A stretch of DNA of 64,000 nucleotides from the human T2T-CHM13v2.0 reference genome, Homo sapiens: assembly GCF_009914755.1 (NCBI RefSeq), contig NC_060938.1. One strand, written 5' to 3'. The position numbers were made by a program, and so were the translations under genes. This document shows, in pieces, positions 11,241-25,284 of the stretch (positions are counted from its first letter, which is position 1; every line of letters begins with the position of its first letter). The notes beneath the pieces were generated by a model. The model was not told the DNA's origin. It was given only the letters and a program-made list of their open reading frames with translations, and did no database searches.

Positions 11241-11971
11241 CAAAATAAAAATTAGCCAGTTGTTTCTCTTACTAACATGACATGAAAATATTTAATTTTC
11301 TTAGCGAATTGATGGCAAAATTCCATTTCTGAGGAGTGAAAGATCAAAGATTAACTTTATTATTTAAAAAATAACTTTTTCTAAGTATAAAATTAATTCA
11401 TTTTCATTATGAAAAATTAGGGGAAAATGAATGTGACATTACATTAAAAATCACAAATAATTTATAAGACCTTCTTGCTTCATAATTAATCTAGCTTGAG
11501 GAAAATAGTAGGAAAAACTTACTAGAATTAGAAGGCGAGGAATAGTGAGGGAGAAACCTTCTTTTATATGCCTGCAAAAGAGAAAGAAAAAAAAGATTCT
11601 TAGGGCTAGTTAGTGGCTTTGGGGCACCTGTCTCTTTCCCTCTTGGGCCTAGAACTGCTGACCTGGAATATGATTCCCCATAAGACTTTAACATATGTGA
11701 GCGAGAGGATTGTGTGGAGACACCTTGGAGCTGAAGTCTTAAAAGGAAGCTCCTGTATGAGAGCTGCCCAGCACCAGCTGCTGGCTTGGTGACCAGATAC
11801 AGTGAGGCACCAGGAGGGCCCCTGTGCAGGGTCAGATAGACGATGTGGGTCCCTGAGAATTCCCTCCATGAAAATCATTCGTCTTTAAACGAGATCAGAA
11901 CAAGTTCTTGGGGCCTACTCTTTAGTTGGGAGTTCCCCAGTGTTATCATTCTGGAATATTTAAAAAATCAT

Positions 11972-12371
<400 letters not shown>

Positions 12372-14449
12372 TTATAACTTTGAAAAGTTAGCTGAGGTGA
12401 TAAGATATGCTATACTTTTTTTTGTATGCTATTTTTCATTTGGGAGTGGAGAAATGGTTTTCAAGGAGCTGAAGAACTAAAGTAGTATATTTTATATATT
12501 ACTTCTGTATATTTTGACTTGTAGTGAGTAGCCAAGCAAAATCTTGGGCCCTCTGAGAAGGCTGAGGTTGTCATGCAAATGACCTTGCTCTGCAGACTCT
12601 CACCAGCAATTAAGGATTAGGAATCTGGGAGGCTTCAGTACTGGTTCGTCTTGATGTAAAGTTTGGATGATAGTGGGACTCTAATTTTGGGCTATTCTTC
12701 CATGTGAATGTGTGGGAATCATGTATATTTGTGAATAATTCAGAAACTCAGGGGTCTTAAAGTGAATTTTAAAATTATAAAAATCCTAACTTTTCAGTTC
12801 CTTTTATGTGTCTTCCCAGAAATATCTGTTTAGAAGGAAAACTTGGGAGCTGGTCCATCATCTTTTTTCTTTCATTTGCCGTGATTAGGGGAAGAGGGGC
12901 TACAGAATTGGTTTGGTCATCACCTCTTCATAATTTAGTTGTGATTCAAGATGTTCTCTTATGAGAAGTAGCAATATGCGGCCATAATGTGACATCTGTT
13001 TTGCACAATCAAAACATTCCTTTGCTGAGCTCAAATGCCCTTTTAGTGCTTCTGGGATAAGCCCCGAGAAAATGCTTTATCTGCTTCTGTACATGCATGA
13101 GGAAATAAACGGCTTTAAGAAAGCTTCTCAACTGGAGGTGTAACTCTAAGAAAAATTGGAACAAACGCTCACTTCATCTCTCACCCAAAATGTCTTCTGC
13201 AAACTTATTCAAAGAGCCTCAGAACCAGAAAGAGAAGGAGGCATATCTACACAATGTATCTGGAGATTGGAAGCTGGAGGCAGGATTGAATTGCCAGTGA
13301 ACTTTGCACTGTGATTTCATATTGAAGTGGCTGCATCTGTGCCACCTGTGGATGGCATGATTGGAGCATTAGTCCTTGCTCAGCCTCCGCACCATTGATA
13401 ACTCTGCTTAACATCGCCACAGCGGAAGCTTTGTTGGAAGCCGCAGTCACTTTGCTTCGGCAATGGTGTACATTGGTGCCCCATTCAACCTTTTTTTCTG
13501 ACATTAGCACATTTGAATGGGCCACCAGTGAAGCCATTCAGCGAGAACATGCAACCGGGGTTTCTGGGTGGCCTAGGGCTGAGCTGAGAATTCTCATTAA
13601 TGGACTGCAAGACTTAGCCTATTGAGGTACATGAACTCAGTGACCAAAGAAAAGTGAGACAAAGATGTCCCTCACAGGAACACGTAGGTCAGAAGTGGAC
13701 AAAAGCAGACACGGACCAGTCAAAGCTATTTGATTACTGAGCTGAAAAGGGAACACCGACCGATCCCTGTGGTGGGGCAGCACAGCTGATTTGAGGGAAA
13801 TCTCCAAATGCCCGCACACTCTGAGAGTGAGGCATTTACTAGAATTGCAGGTGGTGTGTGAAGTTATTTTTAAAATGTTTTTTCTTCCACTTGTCTTTGT
13901 GGTAATTTCCTATTTGACAGTACTTAGAAAAGGCCCCAAATAACTAGAATGAAAAGAAAGGGCAAAATTGAACTGGAAAAAGCATGCTTAAAAGTGAAAG
14001 GTGATCACGGGCAACATTCCCCCTACTGCTGGTCCTCTGAGCTACTTTCAAGCTCTTAGGGACTAGAAAATGTTCTTTGAGAGCCAGAACTTTTGCATGT
14101 TTAGGATTATAACTTTAATACATTAGCATAATTTCAAAACTTTTTTACTCTAAGATATAGGATAAAAAATGTAAGTATGAAATTTTGCAAAAAGATAAAG
14201 GAAAAGCATCACTGGAAAAGTTTAAGAAATCAGTTTGGGATCTATGAACATGGTCAGTAATAGCATGCTTAACTCGAATTAATCCCATGCTCTTGCTTGT
14301 TGAGGTATACATTTCTGTGGGAGATATATTAGTCCCTTGTACTCAATGTGATCTGTGCAAATATCCAGAGAGCTAATACTTAGATGCATATGAAGTTTGA
14401 AAAGCATTCTGCAATTTTTCCAAATGGCATTTAAATAACTATACTAATA

Positions 14450-14504
14450 TTAGGTTGGTGCAAAAGTAATGGCAAAAATCGCAATTACTTTTGCACCAAC
14501 CTAG
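14450..14504. mobile_element. MADE1 (Hsmar1 MITE), internally deleted
   Basis: TIRs ttaggttggtgcaaaagtaat / attacttttgcaccaacctag, flanked by TA on both sides. Confidence 0.9.
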
Positions 14505-15237
14505 TAATTCATTCCAAACCAAGTTTAATTATTAGGACTTGGTTAAAAACTTTACAGCTTCTTGAGATAGCAATATATTTTAAAATGTTCAAAATGTTGG
14601 CGTTATGAGATTTGGGGAACCTAAAAATACCTATAATCCAGTTCTTTTTATAAAAGGAAAAGGGAAGAAAATGTGTTTTTTATCCCATCATGCATAATGC
14701 AACTATTTTTTTGAGGAAGAGATACAATTTAAAAAGTGTGGCCGAGGGTAAAGGAAGAGACACGTTTTAACAAGAGTCATATCCATTTATATTGAAACAA
14801 CTTCATGGAGGAGAGGACTTCAGGGTCCATTTAACCTAGCTCTTCTGTTGTATCCATAGTGTTATTGAAGCCTACAGAGGTTTAGCAGGCTGCCAATGGC
14901 CCACCCAGCACCTGGATTTAAAAGTAACACTTCATCTTGTTATGGGAATTGTTTCATTAGAGCAGTTATAAGTCGTTTCTCATTAAGGGGCTAGAATCCT
15001 TAAATTTATGATTTGTTCTGCATGTTAAATTTAATAAACGTAAAATAGATTTATATGCTGCATACATATCTGTTATGATACTTCTAGTAAATATTTCCCT
15101 AACTGTTTAAAGCTCTAGTAAAAGCTAACAAGAACAACATCAAAAGTGGCCGTTCCCCAAAAACAAACCTTTGAGACAATCTAGCTTTGCCTTTTTGAGA
15201 ATTTTTTAAGTCAGTTCCCTTTCTCTTACCTTCATAC

Positions 15238-15862
15238 TGTCAGAGGTGTTTGAACCAAAGTGACTCCATCTTTAATAGGGGCTGGGTAAAATGAGGCTGA
15301 GACCTGCTGGGTCGCATTCTAGGTGGTTAGGCATTCTTAGTCACAGGATGAGATAGGAGCTCCGCTCAAGATATAGGTCACAAAGACCTTGCTGATAAAA
15401 CAGGATGCGATAAAGAAACCAGCCAAAAACACATGGTTACAAAACTGACCTATGGTCATCCTTGCTGCTCATTATATGCTAATTACAATGGATTAGCATG
15501 CTAAGCAACACTCCCACCAGTGCCATGCCAGTTTACAAATGCCATGGCAACACCCAGAAGTTACCCTATATGGTCTAAAATAGGGAGGGACCCTCAATTC
15601 CAGGAAATTCCTGCCGCTTTCCAGGAAAATTCATGAATAATCTACCCCTTGTTTAGCATATAATCAAGAAATATCCAGAAAAAAAATAACCAACCAGCAG
15701 CCCTTAGGGCCGCTCTGCCTATGGAGTAGCCATTCTTTTCTTCCTTTACTTTCCTGATAAATTTGCTTTCACTTTACCCTGTAGACTTGCCTGGAATTCT
15801 TTCTTGGATGAGATCCAAGAACCCTCTCTTGGGGTGTGGATTGGGACCACTTTCTGGTAATA
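15238..15862 (+). mobile_element. Solo MER41 (MER41B-like) ERV1 LTR
   Basis: tgtcagaggtgtttgaaccaaagtgactccatc...gatccaagaaccctctcttgggg...tttctggtaata follows the MER41 consensus end to end. Confidence 0.9.
15598..15627. promoter_or_regulatory. Tandem GAS (STAT) motifs in MER41
   Basis: TTCCAGGAA at 15598-15606 and at 15619-15627; both fit TTCNNNGAA. Confidence 0.7.
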
Positions 15863-16034
15863 ATAAGAACTCTTTAATTTTCTTTTGGCATATCTTATCT
15901 AGTTCACTTCTAATATTTCTCCTTTAGGCTACTTCAAAATGTGTAGGCAAAATACTTTTTTCCACCTATGTTGTATTACTTAGAAGAATCTTCTCCTGGA
16001 AATTCTTCAACTTGAGGCTTCAGTTGTTTTTTAG

Positions 16035-16595
16035 TGAAGAGGTCCAGAATATGCCACACCCAAAAATACCACTTTGGCATAAGGATTACTTTAAGCTGAA
16101 GGCAACTGAAGAAACAGCAGACCCAGGAAAAGTTCTTTGCCCTCCCTGCTTCTGTCTAAAAGCAGGGCATAAATTTCTCTTTGTAAAGGTGACAGAAATT
16201 GCTATTTGTAAAAGCATTTCCCTCTCCCATTCCAGGAAGACCAGAGAGGGCACAGAGAAGAGTGTGCATAACAAACCTTTCTAAACAACCTTTATCCATC
16301 ATATATTTCCTAGTCACCTTCCCACAATTTATTACACCACCCCTAGGAGCTCAAACCCACTTTCCTTTGTCTAGTCACTTCTCTATAATTTATTGCCTTT
16401 TCTTAAAATGGTATATAAGCCCCCTGTCTAACTGCTTCTTTGGGTTTTTACTTATTTTCTGTGAAGCCCCTCACACATAACATGTGAACTCAATAACTAT
16501 TTATGCTTTTCTCCTGTTAATCTGTCTTTTGCCAGTTTAATTCATAGGCCCCCAAATAGTGAACCTGAGAGGGAAAAGTTTTTTCCTCCCCTACA
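16035..16595 (+). mobile_element. Solo ERV1 LTR (MER34-like)
   Basis: tgaagaggtccagaatatgccac...ttttcctcccctaca, with flanks ttag/ctag. Confidence 0.7.
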
Positions 16596-17184
16596 CTAGC
16601 TAATCACTAAATTATCACTCCTTTTGCTCCAATCAAGTCCATGTATGTTTTTTTACCTTCAGTTTCCAGCTGTTAGTGCATGGTGCTTCCATGTTGTCTT
16701 GCCCAATATGGTTTTATTTCATTTGAATTATTCTTTTTAGTTAAAAATTTACTTGCAAATGCTTTACTATTAGTCACACATGTGTTGGCAATGAGTGAAA
16801 ATGGGCCCACTAGGAGACACTGTAACATCATCTTTGTTATTGTTTTTGGAGGGCATGGCTTAGGATTAGAAGAAATGAGAATTTGTTTATACAATTTGAA
16901 ACTGTCTATTCAATAAGTAATTGAATCTTTAGGGTCTCTTTTAAGGACAATGACTTTAAATATCTAAATTTTGTTTGAAGATACTGCCAAAGCAAAGTTG
17001 GGATAAATCATCAGATTATTATCTACTGAAATTTTATCTAAATCTAAGCTTTTTATCATATAGATTAATGGAAATAGGAATTCACTTGGGCGTTCATATC
17101 TTTGTTTTATTTTTCCACCGAAGAATCTGCTGGGTTTGGATTTATTACTATATTAGAGATATAATAATAGTTTCCATTTAGCTA

Positions 17185-17345
17185 ATAATACTATGTGTGA
17201 GAAACCATACTAAATATTTGACATGCATTCTCTAATCCTCATAACAACCCTATGAAGTAGGCACTTTACTATCTGTGTTTGACAGATGGGGAAACTTCAG
17301 CTTTGAAAAGCTAAGTAACTTGGCCATGGTTACTTGGTTATTAAG
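17185..17345 (-). mobile_element. MIR
   Basis: taatcctcataacaaccctatgaagtagg...gacagatggggaaact. Confidence 0.7.
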
Positions 17346-17360
17346 TAAGGAATTGGATAA

Positions 17361-17743
<383 letters not shown>

Positions 17744-18519
17744 TGAGTGCCCTTTCTCTTTACTATATTAATGACACATGATGCTTTCCCAGTAGTTCAA
17801 GGTCAGTAAATGTACAGCCAAGGGCAGGGAAAATGTATATGGATATGTCAGACCACCAAGTTGTAGCTAAGACTCATGGTCACAGCGGCCTTCATGTGGA
17901 AGATGCAGGGAGGAGCGTGCTCAACTTTCAGCCCAGTGCCTGGGTACATTCATATTAGGAACTTGTTTGCCAACATTGGCAGCTGGCTAGATGGAGGTGA
18001 TAAAACGCTCTTGTTCTCATTTCTTATTATGCTCACTGATTCTGACCTCTGGTCCCACAGATCTCCTTCTTTTATCCTTCAGGTGTTCTGCCCTCTGTTT
18101 TGATTTCTCTGGGACACAAATGAAATTATTTTCTGAATTGTGAAAGTCCACATTATCAACTAATGCACTGTTACTGTCACGTTTCTGCTGTTTGGATGCT
18201 TGTTCTATTGTGAAAACTTACCCAAACTTGGGGTTTAGGAAAAGGCCTTTTATAGTTTTCGTCAACTGAAGAAAGAGCAGCATTAGGTATAATTATACAT
18301 TTTGATAAAGTAAAGCACAAACCTGTCATGTTTTATGTTAACAGCCTACATGATGGTGATCTTACAAATGGTCTGAAGTTAGCAGCTCATGGGAGAAGGC
18401 TGACATGTTAAAACACAAATTTACCTAATCTGACACTTCAGGTTACTCCAAGGCGGGTGGAAATTTGGCAGCAACGGCTTGTGCCATTGCCCTAAGGAGA
18501 AACAAAATATAAACCTTTT

Positions 18520-18675
18520 ACAATCTCCCTGGGAATTTTTTTTAAAAACTTGAGGCCCAAGTCCTACCTCAGACCAACAAAATAAAAATGATCTGGGGAT
18601 GGGGTTCAGGGATCGGACTTTTTAAAAGCCTCCCCAGGCAATTCTAATGTTCAGCCATAGTTGAGAAGTGCTGAT
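18520..18675. mobile_element. MER5-type hAT remnant
   Basis: ttttaaaagcctccccaggcaattctaatgttcagcca...ttgagaagtgctg. Confidence 0.6.
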
Positions 18676-19353
18676 CAGGCATAACGTACAGATGAAATAT
18701 TATCATGTGTAACATTGTACAGGGTTCTTTGGGAGATATAGAAATCAGGAAAGACGTGGTTCTTGCCTTCAAGGAACTTTTGATTTGGATGAAAAGACTC
18801 TTGCCACAAAAATGGTTACTAATAATATAATGCAGTCACTCACTGTTAGTAAGTGATGTCATAGTTTTAGTGGAGACTGCTTTCCAGAGTGTGTAGCTTC
18901 CAATCCCTATCCTCCTACCATCAGTGATAATAATTGCCTCCTGAGATTTTATATGCCCCATTTAATCTTCTCAACTGCTTATCAGTTAGGTATTATTCCC
19001 ATTTCACTGCAGAAAAACTAAACCTTAAAGATATTGTTGTTTGTATAAAGTCTGAGAGACAAGTTTTGAACCCAGGTCTGTTGGGAACAAATATCCACGC
19101 TTGCTAACCATTAGGTTATACCATTTGGTCTCGGTAGATGCATAGTCGATAATAGCTAGAGTGAACTGTAGGCCATAAAATGTTTCTGAGCACTTTAGTA
19201 TAGTTATATTTCTTAATTATTTTTTTAAACTGCAAATTAAAAAAAATTAAATCACAGAAAAGTTGAAAGAATAATACATTGAACATTGTATACCCTTTAC
19301 AACTACATCCATCAATTATTAACATTTCACTACCTCTGCTTTATTTTGCTCCC

Positions 19354-19659
19354 TATTTATTTATTTACTTATTTAGAGACAGGGTCTCACTCTGTCACCC
19401 AGGCTAGAGTGCAGTAGCGCAATCTTGGCTCGTTGAAACCTGCGCTGCCCCTGGGCTCAAGCAATCCTACCACCTCAGCCTTCTGAGTAGCTGGGACCAC
19501 AGATGTGCACCACCACTCCCGGCTAATTTTTGTATTTTTAGTAGAGATGGGCTTTTACCATGTTGTCCAGGCTGATCTTGAACTCTTGAGCTCAAACGAT
19601 CCACCTGCTTCGGCCTCCCAAAGTGCTGGGATTATAGGTGTGAGCAACTGTGCCTGGTC
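19354..19659 (-). mobile_element. AluJ-like element
   Basis: Diverged antisense dimer with TSD ccc(t)atttatttat. Confidence 0.9.
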
Positions 19660-20386
19660 CCCATTTATTTATATATGTATATATGTATCCTTTTTCTGTT
19701 ATTATTGAACCACTTGAAGTTGCAGACATTGTGATACTTCACCCAGTGATACTTTGGTTTGCGCTATCTAAGTGTAAAGACAATTTTCTATATACCCATT
19801 ACACTGTTCATACCGAAGACAATTAATGTGAATTCAGTTTTGTCATCTAACATGCAGCCCATTAAAAATTTCCCCAGTTATACCCAATATATCTATTTAG
19901 GTGCTTTTGTTGACCCAAGATCCTATGAAAGTTGGTTAATTCTGTGGTTGTAATGTTTAGAAACTTTTAGTCTAGAAGGGGTCTACGACTTCTTTTATTT
20001 ATGATATTGACTCTGTTTTAATGATCTAGGCCAGTTGCCTTGCAAAAATGTCTCCTCTTTGGGGATTTGTCTGATTGTTTTCTCACAGTTAGGCTCAGGT
20101 TAAACATTCTTTGCAAGACTATTGGATAGGTCATGTGTATTTCTTATTGGATCCACCAGGAGGCACACACCAGGCTGTCCTACTGTTGATGATGCTAAGT
20201 TTGATTGCTTGGTTAGGAAGGTAATGTCATGCCTAATTTCCCTATTGTAAAGTTAACCTATGTGGTCATATTTTAAAACCATAATCTTTGACCTAGTGGT
20301 TTTGGTATCCACTGATCATTTTTACATTGGTGGTTGAAAAATGGTGATTTTCTAACTCTATCATTTCCTCAATATTTTTTAGTTGG

Positions 20387-20634
20387 TGTATTAGTCTGCT
20401 TGGGCTGCCAAACGAAACACCACAATCTGGGTGGCGTAAATGGAAATTTATTTTCTCATAGTTCTGGAGGCTAGAAAGTCAAGATCAATGTGCTGCCAGG
20501 GTTGGTTTCTGGCGTGGCCTCTCTTCCTGGTTTATAGATGCCACCTTCTCACTTTGTCCTCACAGGATCTCTTCTCTGTGTATATGCATGGGGGGGAAGA
20601 GGGAGAGAGGGAGAGAGGGGGGAGAGAAGGGGGT

Positions 20635-20665
<31 letters not shown>

Positions 20666-20848
20666 ATGAGAGAGCCCTTTGGTGTGTTCTTCTTATAAGA
20701 TACCAGTTCTGTTGAATTAGGGCCCAATCCTTAGGGCCTCGTTTAACCTTAATTACCTCCCTAAAGATCCTCTTTCCAAATACAGTCACATTGGGGGTTA
20801 AAGCTTTAACCTACAAATGTTGGTGGGGATGTAATTCAGCCCATAACA
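20387..20848 (-). mobile_element. MaLR solo LTR (MLT1A-like) with an internal GA microsatellite
   Basis: tgtattagtctgct...cccataaca with a perfect 5-bp TSD GTTGG (20382-20386 and 20849-20853). Confidence 0.85.
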
Positions 20849-23295
20849 GTTGGTATTCTTCTGTAAAGCGGAGCTTTCTTTTATTTTTCCCTTACCTCCT
20901 CCTCCTTCTCTTTTCTCCCCATCTCTGCCGCCCTGTTTTCTTCTAAGTATTGCTATGGACTCATGCATTTATTTTTTATTTAATGTGATAATCTATCTCT
21001 GTCATTATTCATTTTAATGATCAAATTGTCCAAGATATGGACAGTGGGAGCTCCTTCAAATTAGTTCTTGTGTCCTTTTGACATGCCTCTATTAGTATGT
21101 AAGCACTTTCTTGCTTTCTTGAACAACAAGATATTCCAGGTTGCCTTGTATTTTCCCTATTCCAACCATTTTTGGAATCAGCCATTTCTCCAAGTAACCC
21201 TGGTTCCTTTTAGTGGGAAACGGTATTTAGAAACACAATCTGTGTGTTTGTTGTTACTAGTTATGATTACCCTCTAAACCAGTTATTTTTAATAAAGTTC
21301 TCTATATTATACCTATAGAACCTGTGCCAACGAAGGCTTTATTGAATTAGAGACTAACTCTTCAAGAGTACAATCAGGCATTTAATAAGCATTTGGAAAG
21401 CCTTTGATTGGCTTGGGACATAACATGCACTTAGTATATTGACAAAAGAAAGAAAGAATGAATGAATGGCCTTGGGTCATGGGTTTTTCTTGATCTGCTG
21501 GGAGGGTCTTCTAACTCCAGTGAATTCGCGCAGGCTGTGGTGAGTGGAGGAGATTGGGATCAATCCTAATGTATTATCTACATTTTCAGCATGTATCACT
21601 CTCTCCCATTATTGAGAAAAGTCCAGATTCCCATCTCCTGAGCCTCTATAAGCTCTTACGGCTGTTTTTCCAGGAAATGAATCTGTGGTGCCTCCAACTC
21701 TTCGTTTGTGTTTCTCAGTGCATCCCCTCAGGTTTCTAGGGCGATGAGCTGACTTATCTTGAAAGAAATACTTGAAATTTTTTCCCTAGTTTTACAAAGC
21801 AGATAGCTAAGGAATTTTTTTTCACAGATGAAGAGAATCCAGTTAAAATGAAGCAAGGAATACAGATTTCAGAGCACTTGAGAATCTCGTACATTTAATA
21901 TCTATTCTGAGGAGCAAGGATTCAGTAGCAACCACTCTTTGAGGATCTATTTACTGTCAAAGTGTAATTGGATTTTGATATAGCAGTTCATTTTGATGGG
22001 GGTGGGGATGGGAAGGTGATTACAAAGTAACAAACAAAATGTAAGCGATGGGACCTTTGATTTATTTATCTTTTCTTGCTCCTGGATCTTTACAGATACT
22101 GGGAATAAACCCCTTATCCCCCACAGTGGTCTTAGAAAACAAGGCATACACTTCAACTACTTCTGCTGTGAATAATCCATTGAATCCAAACAGTATTATA
22201 CTAGATTCATCAGTGTTCACACAAAGGTCATATCCTTACATATCTCTTTGAATTTGTGGGACACATATGGTGTACCACTTCTATAGAAGAAATATTTTCA
22301 TTTTAGAATTCAACTTTTATAACCTTTGGCAACATGTAGTATCAATGGCTCTTTGTTGTTCAAAAAAAAAGTAAAACTGTAAGCTATCCCCAAGGATATT
22401 CAGGGCGTTGCTATAGCAACAGAATCTGCCTCCCAGCACCACAAGAGAAGCTATGAATAAAAGATGGTGTTCTAAGGACAACAGAATAGAAGAGGTTGTT
22501 TCGATCCTTCTAATACCTGATATTTGCTGTTATTTTGTTAAATGCAAAATAAAAATCTTGGGGAAAGGCCCAGTTTCAATATAGAAAAGGATGAATTTCT
22601 ATATTGTACTTCAGATGTTGTGAGGAAAAAGACATGCTTTCTGAATAGTATCAGCCTGTGGTAGGAAGACCAGGGAAGGGCCAAAATATTTGATTTATAT
22701 ATTTTTCTGTTTAGTTTTGTACTTCAGGTGAAGAACCTCAAAGACAAATGTGTTAATCAGAAATACAAAAGAATGGGATTATTTTAAATTCTGACCCAAA
22801 ATAGTTTCCTGATTCCATATTTAAACACAAGCATACTTTACATAAAGGTACCATAAAACAAAATGTTCTAATTTCAGCTTGCATTGTTTATTCTGAATCC
22901 AATTCTTTCATGTATACCTACTTGGTCATCGATTTTTAATGGTTTCAACATAGCTACCTATCTACCTACCAACCTAGCTATGTTTCATGATACTGGGTAT
23001 TTTAGGACCCAAATCTGAAGGTGAAACACAAGGTTTCAGTTGATTCAGAAGTGAACGAACTTTGAACCTCTCTATTCCCTCCCTCCTCACCCACATGTAC
23101 ATATGTATATCTTGCCACTTGTGTCTTCATATCATGTTTAGTTTTTATGAAGCTTATTTTGTTGTATGAAGCTATTGGTAAAATGTTATTCAGAGAGGAG
23201 GTGAAGAACTTACCCCTCTGTAAGTGCTTATTTTCAAAATATTCAGAGCTACATAAAATTACTGCCAGAAAATATGACTATTAGAGCAAATGGAA

Positions 23296-23677
23296 TGCTA
23301 TAGACTAAATCGTATCCCTCAAAAATCATGTGACTAACCCCCAATGTGACTTTATGGACATATGGCCTTTATGGAAGTAATTATGACTAAATGAGGTCAT
23401 AAGGGTAGGGCCCTGATCTGATAGGATTAGTGTCCTTGAAGAGTAGGACACCAGAGCTTGCTTTCTCTTCACTTGCAGACATGAAGAAAAGGCAATGTGA
23501 GGTTACATCAAGAAGGCGGCTGTCTATAAGCTAGGAAGGGAGCCCTCACTAGAAATTGACCATGCTGGCTTCCTAATATTGGACTTTCAGCCTCCAAAAC
23601 TGTGAGAAAATAAATTTCTGTTGTTCAGGCCACACAGTTTATGGTATTTTGTGATGGCGGCCCAAGCTGACTAATAC
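23296..23677 (+). mobile_element. MaLR solo LTR (MLT1A/MST-like)
   Basis: tgctatagactaaat...ggactttcagcctccaaaactgtgagaaaataaatttctgttg...gctgactaatac. Confidence 0.8.
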
Positions 23678-24818
23678 TCCTGTATTAAAATTATAATATT
23701 TTGTATAATTATTTTCTTAATTTTCCATCAAAGTATAGCTCTGTTTGTGGGGGAAACAGGCAGGTGCACAAATAATCTTAAAGTTTCTCTAGAACTTTTG
23801 TTTTGCTTTTATCACCTTGGCAACTTTACACAATTAGTAATCTAAAGGTTACTTAGTTATCAAATGTGTGTCTCAAAAACATAATTTTGGCTATGATATC
23901 TAGAAAATGTGACCTTTGTTTTGGTTGGAATAATTTTCCCACTGAATTCATGGATAAGTACAATTATAGGAGCTTAAGGAAAATGTAGCATTTTGTTTTT
24001 GAGCTTTATTTTAGTTTAGGTGTAGGTAGATAATGTTTGGGAAGGATGGACTTGTAGATTGTGTATTAGTACTAATCTTATAAGAATAAATTCTGGGTAA
24101 GCATTGTCCAAATTTCAGAGACTTCCCTTATTGTTGTTAATTCTCCTTGGATCCTTCCATCATTTAAAGTCTCCAGGGATATTTTGATTAGTAAGGAATC
24201 TATTCAATCGAGCTGATTATATGACTTGGCTGTTTCTCTGACTCTTAAAACTAGGCAATACACCAAAATGTTAATAATGTGTGGTGAGAACAGTGGTGGG
24301 AACATGGGCAATTTTCTCTCCTTACTTTTCCACTTATTGTCTAAATTTTGTATAAGCAGTCATTACTTTCATAATGGAAAAATAATAGAGTGAAAAAATA
24401 CTAGATATTAGAAGAACTTAACAAAAATTTCATCTTCTTTCAAAAAGAATTTGAGGTAGTTTACAGTAAAAGACATTTGAGGTACCATAAAGCTAGACAA
24501 GCTAGAAATTAGAAATCTAAAATTATGAAAAGAGGAGGAAAGTAAATACTTCAATGAGATTTAATAATGGTAACTGAACATTTTAGTAACCGAATGTTGT
24601 AGTTAGCACTGAGCTTCCTGACAGTCAAGAAAAAGCGATACTGGATTAGAGAATTCTCACTATCCAATCAAAAGAAAGTATATAGTATTTTGTAGAAGAA
24701 CATTTTTTCCTTGATAAACTCTTAAAAGGAATTTGCCATAGTATGTTCTTATTTGTGTAAAACATAAAAAGGATATATTTACATGCTTGTAAATTCAGAG
24801 AAAATGTCTGGAACCTAG

Positions 24819-25284
24819 TATGTTTATTGTGGCACTATTCACAATAGCAAAGACTTGGAACCAACCCAAATGTCCAACAATGATAGACTGGATTAAGAAA
24901 ATGTGGCAGATACACTCCATGGAATACTATGCAGCCATAAAAAATGATGAGTTCATGTCCTTAGTAGGGACATGGATGAAGCTGGAAACCATAATTCTCA
25001 GCAAACTATCACAAGGACAAAAAACCAGACACCGCATGTTCTCACTCATAGGTGGGAATTGAACAATGAGAACACTTGGACACAGGAAGGGGAACATCAC
25101 ACACCGGGGACTGTTGTGGGGTGGGGGGAGGGGGGAGGGATAGAATTAGGAGATATACCTAATGTTAAATGACGAGTAAATGGGTGCAGCACACCAGCAT
25201 GGCACACGTATACACATGTAACAAACCTGCACATTGTGCACATGTACCCTAGAACTTCAAGTATAATAAAAATATAAAAAAAAA
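24819..25284 (+). mobile_element. 5'-truncated L1PA (PA4/PA5-like): ORF2 C-terminus, 3'UTR and A-tail
   Basis: Encodes [19 protein letters not shown]...MFSLIGGN*, followed by the G-rich 3'UTR tract and tail. Confidence 0.95.

Larger units (their letters stand above)
19220..21270 (-). mobile_element. Old L1M 3' region, interrupted by an Alu and a MaLR LTR
   Basis: cacagaaaagttgaaagaataatacattgaaca... and colinear AT-rich L1M-like sequence; boundaries approximate. Confidence 0.55.

Noticed and set aside
22700-22790. Acceptor-like ttttgtacttcag|GTGAAGAAC
   Set aside because: The frame stops after about 19 codons, no good donor is nearby, and the peptide is unrecognisable.
24820-25062. 80-aa ORF with protein-like sequence
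   Set aside because: It is the C-terminus of L1 ORF2 in a truncated element.
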